DNA from: an uncultured Verrucomicrobiae bacterium
GTDB lineage: Bacteria > Chlamydiota > Chlamydiia > Chlamydiales > Rhabdochlamydiaceae
Direction: 5' to 3'
DNA length: 64,000 bases
NCBI GenBank assembly: GCA_963806855.1
Contig: CAWDYW010000003.1
Span: 512,001 to 576,000, forward strand
How positions within the stretch are numbered: the stretch's first letter is position 1; each line of letters starts with the position of its first letter. Below, piece by piece: positions 20,023 through 28,852 of the stretch. The position numbers were made by a program, and so were the translations under genes. The notes beneath the pieces were generated by a model that saw only the letters and a program-made list of their open reading frames with translations, ran no database searches and was not told the origin of the DNA.

Positions 20023-21066
20023 TTATGGGGCCTTCTCTTCTATTTCCTGCATAACCTTCAAGAAATGTTCTTCTACTGGAGAAGGCTTAATTCCTAGCTC
20101 TTTGCGGTATTTTTCATACTCTACATAAGCCTTTTCTAGCGCCTCTGTATGACTAACCTTTCCAGCATCAACCAATACATTGCGTCCAGATAGTTTAAGA
20201 AAATCGTCTAATTTTGCACTCCAATCATTCATATACATTGGCTGGCGATTTAGTGCTTGCAGTTCAGCAAACTCCAAGTACGCAGTAACGATCCGGTTTA
20301 GTGTATTGAGTTCATCCTCTCTTAGATAATTTTTAGCAATGCTAGCATCTGTTTTGCGGGGAGCGTTTCCAGTCCATGATGTCATTCCCATATGCGGCTT
20401 ATTGCTATCAGCGCGATTATAAATGACTTCAGGAGCAGTATGCCCATGTGCAGCCCAATGCATTTTATTCTGTACAACTTTGAAAAATTTCAAAGTCAAT
20501 TCATTCTTGGGATCATAATCAATGCTTGTGGCATAAACATCGAGTACTTTGAGCCAAAATACCTTTTCCGAAGATCGAATATCTCTGATACGAGCCAGCA
20601 GTTCTTCAAAATAACTGGTATTACCTGCTTGTTTGAGGCGAGCATCGTCCAAAACAAAGCCCTTAACAATGAATTCCTTAAGTTGATTTGTTGCCCAAGT
20701 ACGGAATTGGGTGCCTCGATGAGAATTGACGCGATATCCTACGGCAATAATTGCCTCTAAATTGAAATGTTCAAGCTCTCGGATAACCTTTCGCTCCCCT
20801 TCCTCTTGAACTGTTGCAAAATTTGCAACAGTTGCATCTTTTTGTAGCTCAGACGTTTCGAATATATTTTTAAGATGCCTGCTAATACCGGACTTATGAA
20901 TCTGAAAAAGTTGAGCCATCTCATTGATAGTTAGCCAGACAGTTTCTCCATGCATCAACACTTCAATACGAGCTTTATCATCTTCGGTCTGAAATAAGAG
21001 AATTTCACCCTTGGATGGAAGTAGGCTATTCCGGTCCTCAGTGAAAGATCGATTTGGTTTTGGCAT
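20023..21066 (-). CDS. RhuM family (virulence/DNA-binding) protein
   Basis: ETVWLT..MA.LF, IIAVGYRVNS.RGTQFR.WAT, RIRDIRSSEK, VQNKMHWA. Confidence 0.9.
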   Translation of the reverse strand: MPKPNRSFTEDRNSLLPSKGEILLFQTEDDKARIEVLMHGETVWLTINEMAQLFQIHKSGISRHLKNIFETSELQKDATVANFATVQEEGERKVIRELEHFNLEAIIAVGYRVNSHRGTQFRTWATNQLKEFIVKGFVLDDARLKQAGNTSYFEELLARIRDIRSSEKVFWLKVLDVYATSIDYDPKNELTLKFFKVVQNKMHWAAHGHTAPEVIYNRADSNKPHMGMTSWTGNAPRKTDASIAKNYLREDELNTLNRIVTAYLEFAELQALNRQPMYMNDWSAKLDDFLKLSGRNVLVDAGKVSHTEALEKAYVEYEKYRKELGIKPSPVEEHFLKVMQEIEEKAP

Positions 21067-21166
21067 TTGAGCCCCTCTCAAAGAAATCAAAGCTTAAACA
21101 GATAACTTATATGATGCAATAGAAAGAATTGAAACGGAAAGGGTATAGCTCGGTCGTGCTGCGTAG

Positions 21167-22219
21167 TCATGAGATATCTCCATTTTTTTCATGGTTGAGT
21201 AGCCATTTTTTGCGTGCGATCCCCCCGCCATAACCGCCAATCTCCCCATTGCTATTAATTACCCGATGGCAGGGGATAATGAGGGCGAGTTGATTGGCAC
21301 CATTTGCTTGAGCAACAGCACGACAGGCGGAGGGTTTCCCAACTGCAACAGCCAATTCAGAATAAGAACGGGTTTCGCCAGAAGGGATTTTTTTTAATTC
21401 TTCCCAAACTCGGCTTTGAAAAGGGGACCCAATTAAAGTGATCGGGGTTTTAAATTCTGCCAGCTTACCTTCAAAATACCGACTCAGCTCCTGTTCGATT
21501 AGATCAATCGGTTTTGTACGACCAGGAATAATGGCCGATTTCATTTTCTGCCGCAATCGTTCCACTTCTCTTTCCAGACCTCGCCGTTCGACAAATTCTA
21601 GCAGGTAGAGTGTTTGTTCATCCCCGATTGCGAGCATCGGCCCTAAGGGTGTATCGAGCCATGCAGCTTTAAGGACTTGGTTATCTCCGATTTTGGAAGG
21701 TGCAGCCCCCATAATCCTCGAAAAAGCATCTCTAAAACCGCTACTGGATTCATATCCGGTTGAAAGCTGAGCTTCAATTACAAGCTCTCCAGATCTAATT
21801 TGTTTCATAGCAATCCCCATACGCCTGGCGCGTGCATATTCGACGAAGGTCATCCCGAACCGTTTTTTGAACTGGCGCCTCGCTGTGGAAGCATCTACAG
21901 CTAATTGTTGAAAATCCCGATCTTTCCACCTTTTTTCCGGATTCTTTTCCACCGCTTCGACGAGTGATCGCACCAATTCAGAGACATGATTGGGATGGGA
22001 AAGAGGTCTGCAACGCTTACAAGGCCTAAATGAGGCTAAAAGAGCTTGCTGAGCAGTCCCAAAAAATTCACAGTTCTCAAATTTTGGTTTGCGAGCTGGG
22101 CATGTTGGGCGGCAGAATACCCCAGTGGTTTTAACACCAACAAAGAAAATTCCTTCGTATTCTATCTGTTTATCTATTAATGCTCGGTAATATTCTTTTT
22201 TTTGTTTAGCAGTTATCAC
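21167..22219 (-). CDS. ada: bifunctional Ada: Zn-binding/AraC activator plus O6-methylguanine methyltransferase
   Basis: GVKTTGVFCRPTC, FRPCKRC, AraC HTH, PCHRV; GTG start at 22219 after GAGGA. Confidence 0.92.
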   Translation of the reverse strand: MITAKQKKEYYRALIDKQIEYEGIFFVGVKTTGVFCRPTCPARKPKFENCEFFGTAQQALLASFRPCKRCRPLSHPNHVSELVRSLVEAVEKNPEKRWKDRDFQQLAVDASTARRQFKKRFGMTFVEYARARRMGIAMKQIRSGELVIEAQLSTGYESSSGFRDAFSRIMGAAPSKIGDNQVLKAAWLDTPLGPMLAIGDEQTLYLLEFVERRGLEREVERLRQKMKSAIIPGRTKPIDLIEQELSRYFEGKLAEFKTPITLIGSPFQSRVWEELKKIPSGETRSYSELAVAVGKPSACRAVAQANGANQLALIIPCHRVINSNGEIGGYGGGIARKKWLLNHEKNGDIS

Positions 22220-22389
22220 GCTCTTCCTCATCAGTGAATTGAGCACTATTATATCATATTGGCAAAAGGCTGGCGCCGAAATTCGGGCATTGATTTTTTT
22301 ATAGGGGGCGGTCTCAAGTAAAAGAGCACTGGCTTGATTAAAAGATAAAAATTCACTAAGCTGATCCATTAATTTAAAAAACTAAGAGA

Positions 22390-23238
22390 ATGCAAATGAA
22401 AGGTTTTTTTTCTCAGATTTTTGGGTGGGTGCTAATTGGTTCTTCTCTATTTGCCGCTCAGACTAATGACCCTTGGAAAGGGGACGAATATGCCAAGAAC
22501 TCAGAGTCACAGAAATCCTCTGCTGAAAAGTTTATCAATGGGATCAATCTGCAGGGAGTAACCTCTGTTCTCGATGTGGGATGCGGAGATGGTAAAATCA
22601 CGGCAGCAATGGCCAAAGCTCTCCCAGATGGAGAAGTGATCGGAATTGATATCTCTCCTTCGATGATCGACTTTGCCCATTCGGCCTTTTCGAATTACTC
22701 AAACCTAACATTCTTAGTTCAAGGTGCAGCGCAGGTTAATTTTCATCAGAAGTTTGATCTGATTACTTCATTTACGGTTATGCAGTGGGTATTAGAGCAA
22801 AAACAAGCTTTAGAGGGTTTTAAGGAGTCTCTTAAACCTAATGGAAGACTTTGCATCCAAATGCCAACAGCTCTTCCGAGTGCTATGGAGCAAGCGCTTG
22901 ATCAAACGCTCTCTTCAGAAAAATGGAAGGGATATTTTACCGAGTTCACTGCCCCCTGGAAGTTCTATCAGGCTGATGAGTATCGGGACCTGCTTATGGA
23001 GACCCATTTTGTTCCTGTTCGGGTAGAGACTTATACGAAACATGAAAAGTTTCCTTCAAGGACTGTGTTTCAGGAATTTTTGAAACAATGGTTCCCCTAT
23101 TTAAGACCTCTTCCAGCTGACTTAAAGGAGCCCTTTCTTACTGAATTATTGGACCGGTATCTGCAGCTCCTTCCAGTCGATGAAAATGGACAGGTGAGCT
23201 TTATAGTGACACGTTTAGAAGTAGAAGCAACCAAATGA
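22390..23238 (+). CDS. class I SAM-dependent methyltransferase (Tam-like)
   Basis: VLDVGCGDGKIT, GIDISPSMI. Confidence 0.88.
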   Translation: MQMKGFFSQIFGWVLIGSSLFAAQTNDPWKGDEYAKNSESQKSSAEKFINGINLQGVTSVLDVGCGDGKITAAMAKALPDGEVIGIDISPSMIDFAHSAFSNYSNLTFLVQGAAQVNFHQKFDLITSFTVMQWVLEQKQALEGFKESLKPNGRLCIQMPTALPSAMEQALDQTLSSEKWKGYFTEFTAPWKFYQADEYRDLLMETHFVPVRVETYTKHEKFPSRTVFQEFLKQWFPYLRPLPADLKEPFLTELLDRYLQLLPVDENGQVSFIVTRLEVEATK

Positions 23239-23289
23239 ATCTTAAGGTGGCTGTAGGGTAACCTATGAGGTCAAAGCAAGGAGCTTCGC

Positions 23290-24321
23290 ATGAGACAGTT
23301 GCAACCGGGCGATAAGGTAGCTATCGTATCCCCTTCTGCAGGATTACCGCACATATTTCCATCGGTGTATGAGCAGGGATTGAAACGGATTAGAGAGATA
23401 TTTCACCTCGATCCGATAGAATTCCCCACTGCTCGTCAAAGTCCCGAATATCTTTCTAAAAACCCCAAAGCAAGGGCAGAGGATATCAATGCAGCTTTTG
23501 CCGATCCCTCGATTAAAGCGATCATCGCAACTATTGGAGGAAATGACCAAATTCGGATCCTTCCCTATCTGAGCAAAGAAGTTATTTCCTCAAACCCAAA
23601 AATATTCATGGGGTATAGCGACTGCACCAACATGCATCTCTTTCTTTGGAATTTAGGCATTGTCTCCTTCTACGGAGCGGCTGTCATGACTCAGTTTGCC
23701 ATGGGTGGGGGAATGCATGAATACACCGTCGACTCGATAAAAAAGGCTCTTTTCACTCCTTCAATTGGTCAAGTGCATGCGGCGCCGCAGTGGAGCGATG
23801 CCGATTTAGATTGGGCTGATCCCCAGAATTTGGAAAAAAAGTGCCCTATGTACAAAGGGGAAGGTTGGCAGTGGTATAACAATCAAAATCAAGTCATCGA
23901 AGGGCAATTATGGGGAGGGTGTCTTGAGGTGCTCGATCTGCATCTATCGGTAAAGCGTTACTTACCCAATTTCGAAAAGCTGAATGGCACAATCCTTTTT
24001 ATTGAAACGTCTGAAGAAATGGCGGGGGAAGGGTTTGTCTATCGATTCATTGCCGCTCTAGCAGAATTGGGGATACTACAGAGGTTTAAGGCCATTCTGA
24101 TGGGTTATCCAAAAGGGCAATTTTGTGGGATGCAACCACCTGAAGGAAGGGAAGCGTATATCCTTAACCAGCAAAATGCTGTAAAAAATGCCTTAAGGGA
24201 CTACGGCTCAAATCTGCCTGTCGTGTTTCACATGAATTTTGGCCATACCAATCCACAAATGATTATTCCCAATGGCGGGACTGTTTTAATCGATGGTGCT
24301 CGCAAGGCAATCAGCTTTTGA
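23290..24321 (+). CDS. S66 peptidase (LD-carboxypeptidase/MccF family)
   Basis: GDKVAIVSPS, GYSD, LWGGCL, FIETSE, FGHT triad motifs. Confidence 0.92.
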   Translation: MRQLQPGDKVAIVSPSAGLPHIFPSVYEQGLKRIREIFHLDPIEFPTARQSPEYLSKNPKARAEDINAAFADPSIKAIIATIGGNDQIRILPYLSKEVISSNPKIFMGYSDCTNMHLFLWNLGIVSFYGAAVMTQFAMGGGMHEYTVDSIKKALFTPSIGQVHAAPQWSDADLDWADPQNLEKKCPMYKGEGWQWYNNQNQVIEGQLWGGCLEVLDLHLSVKRYLPNFEKLNGTILFIETSEEMAGEGFVYRFIAALAELGILQRFKAILMGYPKGQFCGMQPPEGREAYILNQQNAVKNALRDYGSNLPVVFHMNFGHTNPQMIIPNGGTVLIDGARKAISF

Positions 24322-24335
24322 CAGCGTCGGCTTGG

Positions 24336-25205
24336 CTATTCCTGGGATATTAACAACTCGTTTAGGATGCCAGTGAAAAGCGCTCGCCGCTCTAATTCAA
24401 TTTCTTTGTAAACGCTATGTTCGGGGTGAACGCCTGTAAGAATCGCCTTGCCAGCTCCAACCTCGCATTTGACGATCGCTGCTGGCTGGCCTTCAATATC
24501 AGCATAACGTGCAATAATTGAGACTCCATCATATTTTTCTGCTTCTACGAAGATGCATCCGCCGTTGTAATAGGCTGAGGTACTTGAAGAGTTATACCCC
24601 GACTCGCCCAAAAGTGTGAATTTGGACCGCGCCAAAGCCTCGGGGTTCAACTGTTTTTCCGAGGGTTGTATATATTCGATACTACCCTCGGAAAAACAGC
24701 TGAACCGCGAGAGCTTTCGCGTGGGTCCAAATTCACACTTTTGGGCGAGTCGGGGTATAGAAATCAATTTGGCTATTTGAGCTCCCTTGTGGCTTTTATA
24801 ACAAAATTTTCTGAGCCCATAGGCGGGGCCGCGAGCTATTCCGGGAAAGAACTTTAATTCCCTCGCTCCAAGAACTTCTAATGGGCCCCCTTTCTCGAAT
24901 TCGATCATCGCACTGCCATAATAACCCCCGGCGCAAATCCCTAGGAATTTCCCTCCATTCAGGACAAATTCCCTAATGTGCCCGTTCGCGGTCCCTTTTA
25001 AAGCTTGATGATAGGGGAGATCACGCCCACCTGGAAAAATCAGCAAATGGGCTGTTTTTTGCCATTTCCCCGCTTGGAGAAGCTCTCTATCAGCCCAATC
25101 AATGCAGAACTTCTGATCGATTTTTTCAAGCTTTAAAGCCGTTAGGAGCGAGGCGATGCAAAAAAGATCGGCCCCTTTATCTCGATAAATTAGAATTTTT
25201 TTCAC
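24336..25205 (-). CDS. BPL-N (biotin-protein-ligase N-terminal, GATase-like) protein with a 55-aa palindrome-derived insertion
   Basis: FPGGRDLPY, GICAGGYY, YYNGG, GVHPE; directly downstream of bioY. Confidence 0.88.
   Translation of the reverse strand: MKKILIYRDKGADLFCIASLLTALKLEKIDQKFCIDWADRELLQAGKWQKTAHLLIFPGGRDLPYHQALKGTANGHIREFVLNGGKFLGICAGGYYGSAMIEFEKGGPLEVLGARELKFFPGIARGPAYGLRKFCYKSHKGAQIAKLISIPRLAQKCEFGPTRKLSRFSCFSEGSIEYIQPSEKQLNPEALARSKFTLLGESGYNSSSTSAYYNGGCIFVEAEKYDGVSIIARYADIEGQPAAIVKCEVGAGKAILTGVHPEHSVYKEIELERRALFTGILNELLISQE
24593..24759. mobile_element. 167-bp palindromic MITE-like element, copy 1, in frame inside the BPL-N gene
   Basis: TA-TACCCCGACTCGCCCAAAAGTGTGAATTTGGACC...GGTCCAAATTCACACTTTTGGGCGAGTCGGGGTA-TA; homologous to 60570..60736. 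Confidence 0.92.
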
Positions 25206-25731
25206 GGGCAGATAGGTAAGTTGTAAGACAGAATGCTTTGATAATTTCTCCGATAATAAAGGGGTATAGACCGAACATCAGAGCTTTCTCAAAACCGACA
25301 ATGTTTGAAAGCCACAATACCCCAAGTCCTAATTGAAGGACACAAGAAAGGAGCAAGATAGAGAGTGTTTTTGCCCCGTGAAATGAAGCTTGCGTTTCAA
25401 TGAACCTGCCGACTAGATAAACCTGCAAAATAAATCCGCAATGATATCCTCCTGTTGGCCCTAATAAACTCAAAAAAACAGGGAAGCCGAGAGCTCCTTC
25501 AGCTAAATAGGCGAGTACACTCAGAACTCCTTTGCGACTGCCCATCGTTGCTCCGATAAACATGATGCCAAACGTTTGTCCGGTTAGTGGAATAGGAGTG
25601 AAGTAAAGGGGGATGGTTATCTGAGCACAAAGAGCCAAGAAAAAAGAGGCTCCCAAAATTTGTAAAATAGAGAAAGAGATCTCTTTCCTAGAAAATATAA
25701 ACGGCATGCTATTGATTTGAGCAGCACTCAT
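25177..25731 (-). CDS. bioY: biotin transporter BioY
   Basis: AQITIPLYFTPIPLTGQTF, YLAEGALGFPVF, GPTGGY. Confidence 0.92.
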   Translation of the reverse strand: MSAAQINSMPFIFSRKEISFSILQILGASFFLALCAQITIPLYFTPIPLTGQTFGIMFIGATMGSRKGVLSVLAYLAEGALGFPVFLSLLGPTGGYHCGFILQVYLVGRFIETQASFHGAKTLSILLLSCVLQLGLGVLWLSNIVGFEKALMFGLYPFIIGEIIKAFCLTTYLSAREKNSNLSR

Positions 25732-25814
25732 AGAAATTTCCCTCCAGGAGTTTGTGTTCCAGTGGGAATTTTAGTCCCTTTGTTCTACGAATTTCAATCG
25801 GGAAGTCGGCTGAC

Positions 25815-25902
25815 TAAACTAGAAAGTAGTTTAAATAAGGCTGGATGAGGTTTAAAGAAATTGGTTTTCTATTCGCGTTATAAAAAACTAGAAAGTAGTT
25901 TA
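25815..25902. promoter_or_regulatory. two identical palindromic 18-mers upstream of bioY (candidate operators)
   Basis: AAACTAGAAAGTAGTTTA at 25816..25833 and 25885..25902; dyad (T)AAACTA-N5-TAGTTT(A). Confidence 0.6.
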
Positions 25903-26056
25903 TGACAAAATAGAAAAGGGTTTGATTTTTTTAAATTCAATCATATCGAACCCATTTGGACGATATTGTCCTCAGTCAAAGGCTGTTGTTGTCAGTCAGC
26001 CTGGATTCCAGCGCCAGCTCCACTATCGGAACCGGCGATTGTCAATACGCACTCCA

Positions 26057-26995
26057 TCAGACGCAACACGCAATTGGTTTTACGTCGGAATAGGGCATCT
26101 CGGGCAAATAGTCATTCGTAAAGACCTTTTCAAGTTCAAACGAATCAGACAGTATTCCAAGATGTTTTGAGTAGCGGTGCACCTTGTTCCAATCCCGTTC
26201 CACATTGAGCAGGTTGCGCGAGAAGAACGGGAGAGTGCGGAGGAAGATCGCCTTGTACATCTCCGTACGTAAAGCTGGTTTGGCATTACACAGGATGTCA
26301 AACGCCTTTTCTGGCTCTTCAACGGTAAAGGCAGCCCCCCTTTGGGTAGCGCGCAGGAAGCCCTTGATCACCTCAGGATTCTCCCTCACAAAATCCTCCC
26401 GAGCGATGAATTGGATTGAGCAGAAACAGCAGCAACCTAGACCTGCCAATTGGTCGATCCGAAGTAAAATGGCCTCACCCCTTAGGTATTCCAACTCCAC
26501 CTTCTGAAAGTTGATAAACCCGATCCCAGCATCGATTTTCCCTCTGAGGATCGCATCGGTCACGTTCATCCCGACCCGCACAGTTTCATACGATGAAGGA
26601 TCGATCCCAGCTAAACGGGCGAGATCGTCGATGATCTTCTTCCCAAATTCACCGATATAGCCGATCCTTTTGCCAACGATATCGTGAAAAGTCTGAATCC
26701 CGCTCGACTTTAGAGCGATCAAACCTGTTGGTGGTTCATCGAGCAGTGTTCCCAGAGAAACAACCGGAAATCCCTTGGCCCGTGCTGCCAAAGTGTGGAT
26801 CATCGCCTTGAGACCCAAATCCATCGCTCCTACCCCCACCGCCTCAGTCACATCACTTGGATCGGTCGGTTCGTACAGAGCGAGTTTAACCCCCTCCTCC
26901 TCATAGTAACCCAACGTCTGGGCAACAAAGAGGGGAGTATGATAGGGATTTGCATACCAGTTAAGAAGAAAATTTGTTCGAATTTTTTTTGTCAT
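26057..26995 (-). CDS. THI5/NMT1-type HMP-phosphate synthase (thiamine pyrimidine synthesis)
   Basis: LNWYANPYH, KAMIH (PLP Lys and catalytic His) and GCCCFCS motif, which separate THI5 from ThiY binding proteins. Confidence 0.88.
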   Translation of the reverse strand: MTKKIRTNFLLNWYANPYHTPLFVAQTLGYYEEEGVKLALYEPTDPSDVTEAVGVGAMDLGLKAMIHTLAARAKGFPVVSLGTLLDEPPTGLIALKSSGIQTFHDIVGKRIGYIGEFGKKIIDDLARLAGIDPSSYETVRVGMNVTDAILRGKIDAGIGFINFQKVELEYLRGEAILLRIDQLAGLGCCCFCSIQFIAREDFVRENPEVIKGFLRATQRGAAFTVEEPEKAFDILCNAKPALRTEMYKAIFLRTLPFFSRNLLNVERDWNKVHRYSKHLGILSDSFELEKVFTNDYLPEMPYSDVKPIACCV

Positions 26996-27084
26996 CGTTT
27001 ACCTCATTAAATGAATAAAAAATGACGTGGAAGGTATACCAAACAAAATTAAGTTTTTGCCAAACCTAATAAGAGTAGTAGAAG

Positions 27085-27163
27085 AGACGTCCTTGCGCCG
27101 GCATTATCCGGATCAAGTTCTACGGGCCTCTCTCAGCCGGAAAACTCCAGCACCCCGCGTCAT
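27085..27163 (-). ncRNA. TPP riboswitch
   Basis: Minus strand reads GGGGTGCTGGAG...CCGGCTGAGAGAGGCCCGTAGAACTTGATCCGGATAATGCCGGCGCAAGG, upstream of the THI5 gene. Confidence 0.93.
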
Positions 27164-27219
27164 GTTGATGCAATGTTAACCGTGCCTGCTCAAAATTGTC
27201 GAGTTTTACTTTTTCTCCG

Positions 27220-27699
27220 CTAAAGGCTGTTTTCGAGGTTGAGCAGCCATTGTTTGTTCTCGATGCCGCCACCATAGCCGCCGATTGCGCCACTCCGATT
27301 GATTACTCGGTGGCAGGGGATGATGATGGCAAGCTGATTAGCTCCGTTGGCTTGGGCTACTGCTCGACAGCCGCGGGGATTATCGACGTTAACCGCTAAT
27401 TCGGAATAGGAAATCGTTTCACCATAGGGGATCTTTTGCAACTCTGCCCATACGCTTTTCTGAAAGGGGGTGCCGTGTGGGGCGATCGGGGTGCGGAAGT
27501 TTTGAAGTTTCCCTTCGAAATAGAGCTTGAGCTCTTGCTGAATTTGGTCGATTGGGGTGGTCCGGCCGGGTGTGGAGGGAAGTTTGCACTCTCGGCGTTG
27601 AAATTCGAGCACATGGAGAGCCTGCTCGTCTGCGATGGCGAGCATCGGGCCGAGTGGGGTGTCGATCCAAGAGGCTTTTAGGGAGGTATTATTCTTCAT
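27220..27699 (-). CDS. ogt: methylated-DNA-[protein]-cysteine S-methyltransferase
   Basis: GTPFQ.SVW..L..IPYGET.SY, PCHRV. Confidence 0.9.
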   Translation of the reverse strand: MKNNTSLKASWIDTPLGPMLAIADEQALHVLEFQRRECKLPSTPGRTTPIDQIQQELKLYFEGKLQNFRTPIAPHGTPFQKSVWAELQKIPYGETISYSELAVNVDNPRGCRAVAQANGANQLAIIIPCHRVINRSGAIGGYGGGIENKQWLLNLENSL

Positions 27700-28753
27700 C
27701 AATTGCCACTCCGATCGCTGCATCTGCAGTTCCATAATAAAGGAACCACTTGTCATGGAAGTGTACGAGCCCTTGGATAAAGACTGTTCCTCCCTGATAT
27801 TGTCCTTTCATTTCGTAGGGTTTTTCGGGTGTTAAAAAACAAGATTCACTGCGGGAAATTACTTGAGTTGGATTATTTGCATCCAGAAGGACCTGGCCGG
27901 CTGAATAAGCTTTGGGAAATATCTTTGGATCGCCATGAATGGCCGAGTTTTTTCCATTATAGAAAAGGAGGATTCCTTCGTCGGTCAGAAGTGCGGGAGG
28001 ACCAGCTTCAACGAGGGCGCTGTCAAATTTCCCTTCTCGGGGAGCTAAAATGACGATGGGACGATCATCTGCATTTAGAATGGGCTGCCAGGAGATGAGA
28101 TCATCCGATGTAGCGATATGAATTTGTCCTTCACCCCAATACATCCAGTATTTGCCCTGAATTTTTGCAGCGATCAACTGATCCCCTTGCTGTCGGCAAA
28201 CAATTGAGCCGGCTTTTGACCAATGTCTTCTGGAGTAGTTTTCAAAGGCATACCCATGTTTTTCCCAGTGGATGAGATCGGTTGATGTGGCAATGCTGAG
28301 GACAGCCAGTTGACGATTCCACTGCGTATAGGTCATCACATAGGTTCCCTCTTCTGTTTCGATAATGCGCGGATCTTCGCAGCCACCTGGGAACTCATAG
28401 AGGGACTGTTGATCTCGATCGGGGAAAAGGATAGGAGTGCCGGTTCGTTGAAAATGGATCCCATCCTCGCTGATAGCCAGGCCTAAACGAGAGGTGTGCT
28501 TGCCAGTTCCTGTTCCGAAATCATCTTCAGCACGATAGATGAGATAGACTTTCCCATCCCGTACGATGGCCCCGGGGTTAAAAATATATTCTTTTTCCCA
28601 ATGGATATCTTTATCCTGGAGAGGGCAATGAAAAACGGAGTCTGGGCACGGGGCGAGGATCGGATTTGCCTCATCGACTCTTTGAAAATGCCAATCTCTA
28701 CTAAAGGCAAGGCAGGGAATAACCAATACGAGGATAATTGAGATTAGTTTCAT
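27689..28753 (-). CDS. glycoside hydrolase family 130 protein with signal peptide
   Basis: FNPGA, YRAED, GCEDPRI, YYGTAD. Confidence 0.88.
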   Translation of the reverse strand: MKLISIILVLVIPCLAFSRDWHFQRVDEANPILAPCPDSVFHCPLQDKDIHWEKEYIFNPGAIVRDGKVYLIYRAEDDFGTGTGKHTSRLGLAISEDGIHFQRTGTPILFPDRDQQSLYEFPGGCEDPRIIETEEGTYVMTYTQWNRQLAVLSIATSTDLIHWEKHGYAFENYSRRHWSKAGSIVCRQQGDQLIAAKIQGKYWMYWGEGQIHIATSDDLISWQPILNADDRPIVILAPREGKFDSALVEAGPPALLTDEGILLFYNGKNSAIHGDPKIFPKAYSAGQVLLDANNPTQVISRSESCFLTPEKPYEMKGQYQGGTVFIQGLVHFHDKWFLYYGTADAAIGVAIDEE

Positions 28754-28777
28754 GAGATCTCATTAGTGAAAAAAGAG

Positions 28778-28852
28778 GGCGACCGACGGGGCTCGAACCC
28801 GCGACCTTCGGAATCACAATCCAACGCTCTAACCAACTGAGCTACGACCGCC
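28778..28852 (-). tRNA. tRNA-His (GTG)
   Basis: GGCGGTCGTAGCTCAGTTGGTTAGAGCGTTGGATTGTGATTCCGAAGGTCGCGGGTTCGAGCCCCGTCGGTCGCC; G-1 present, CCA not encoded. Confidence 0.95.

Noticed and set aside
21087..21170. Short ORF (MTTQHDRAIPF...) overlapping the ada stop, with a GGAG RBS
   Set aside because: 27 codons with no recognisable homology; it may be a truncated remnant but cannot be supported.
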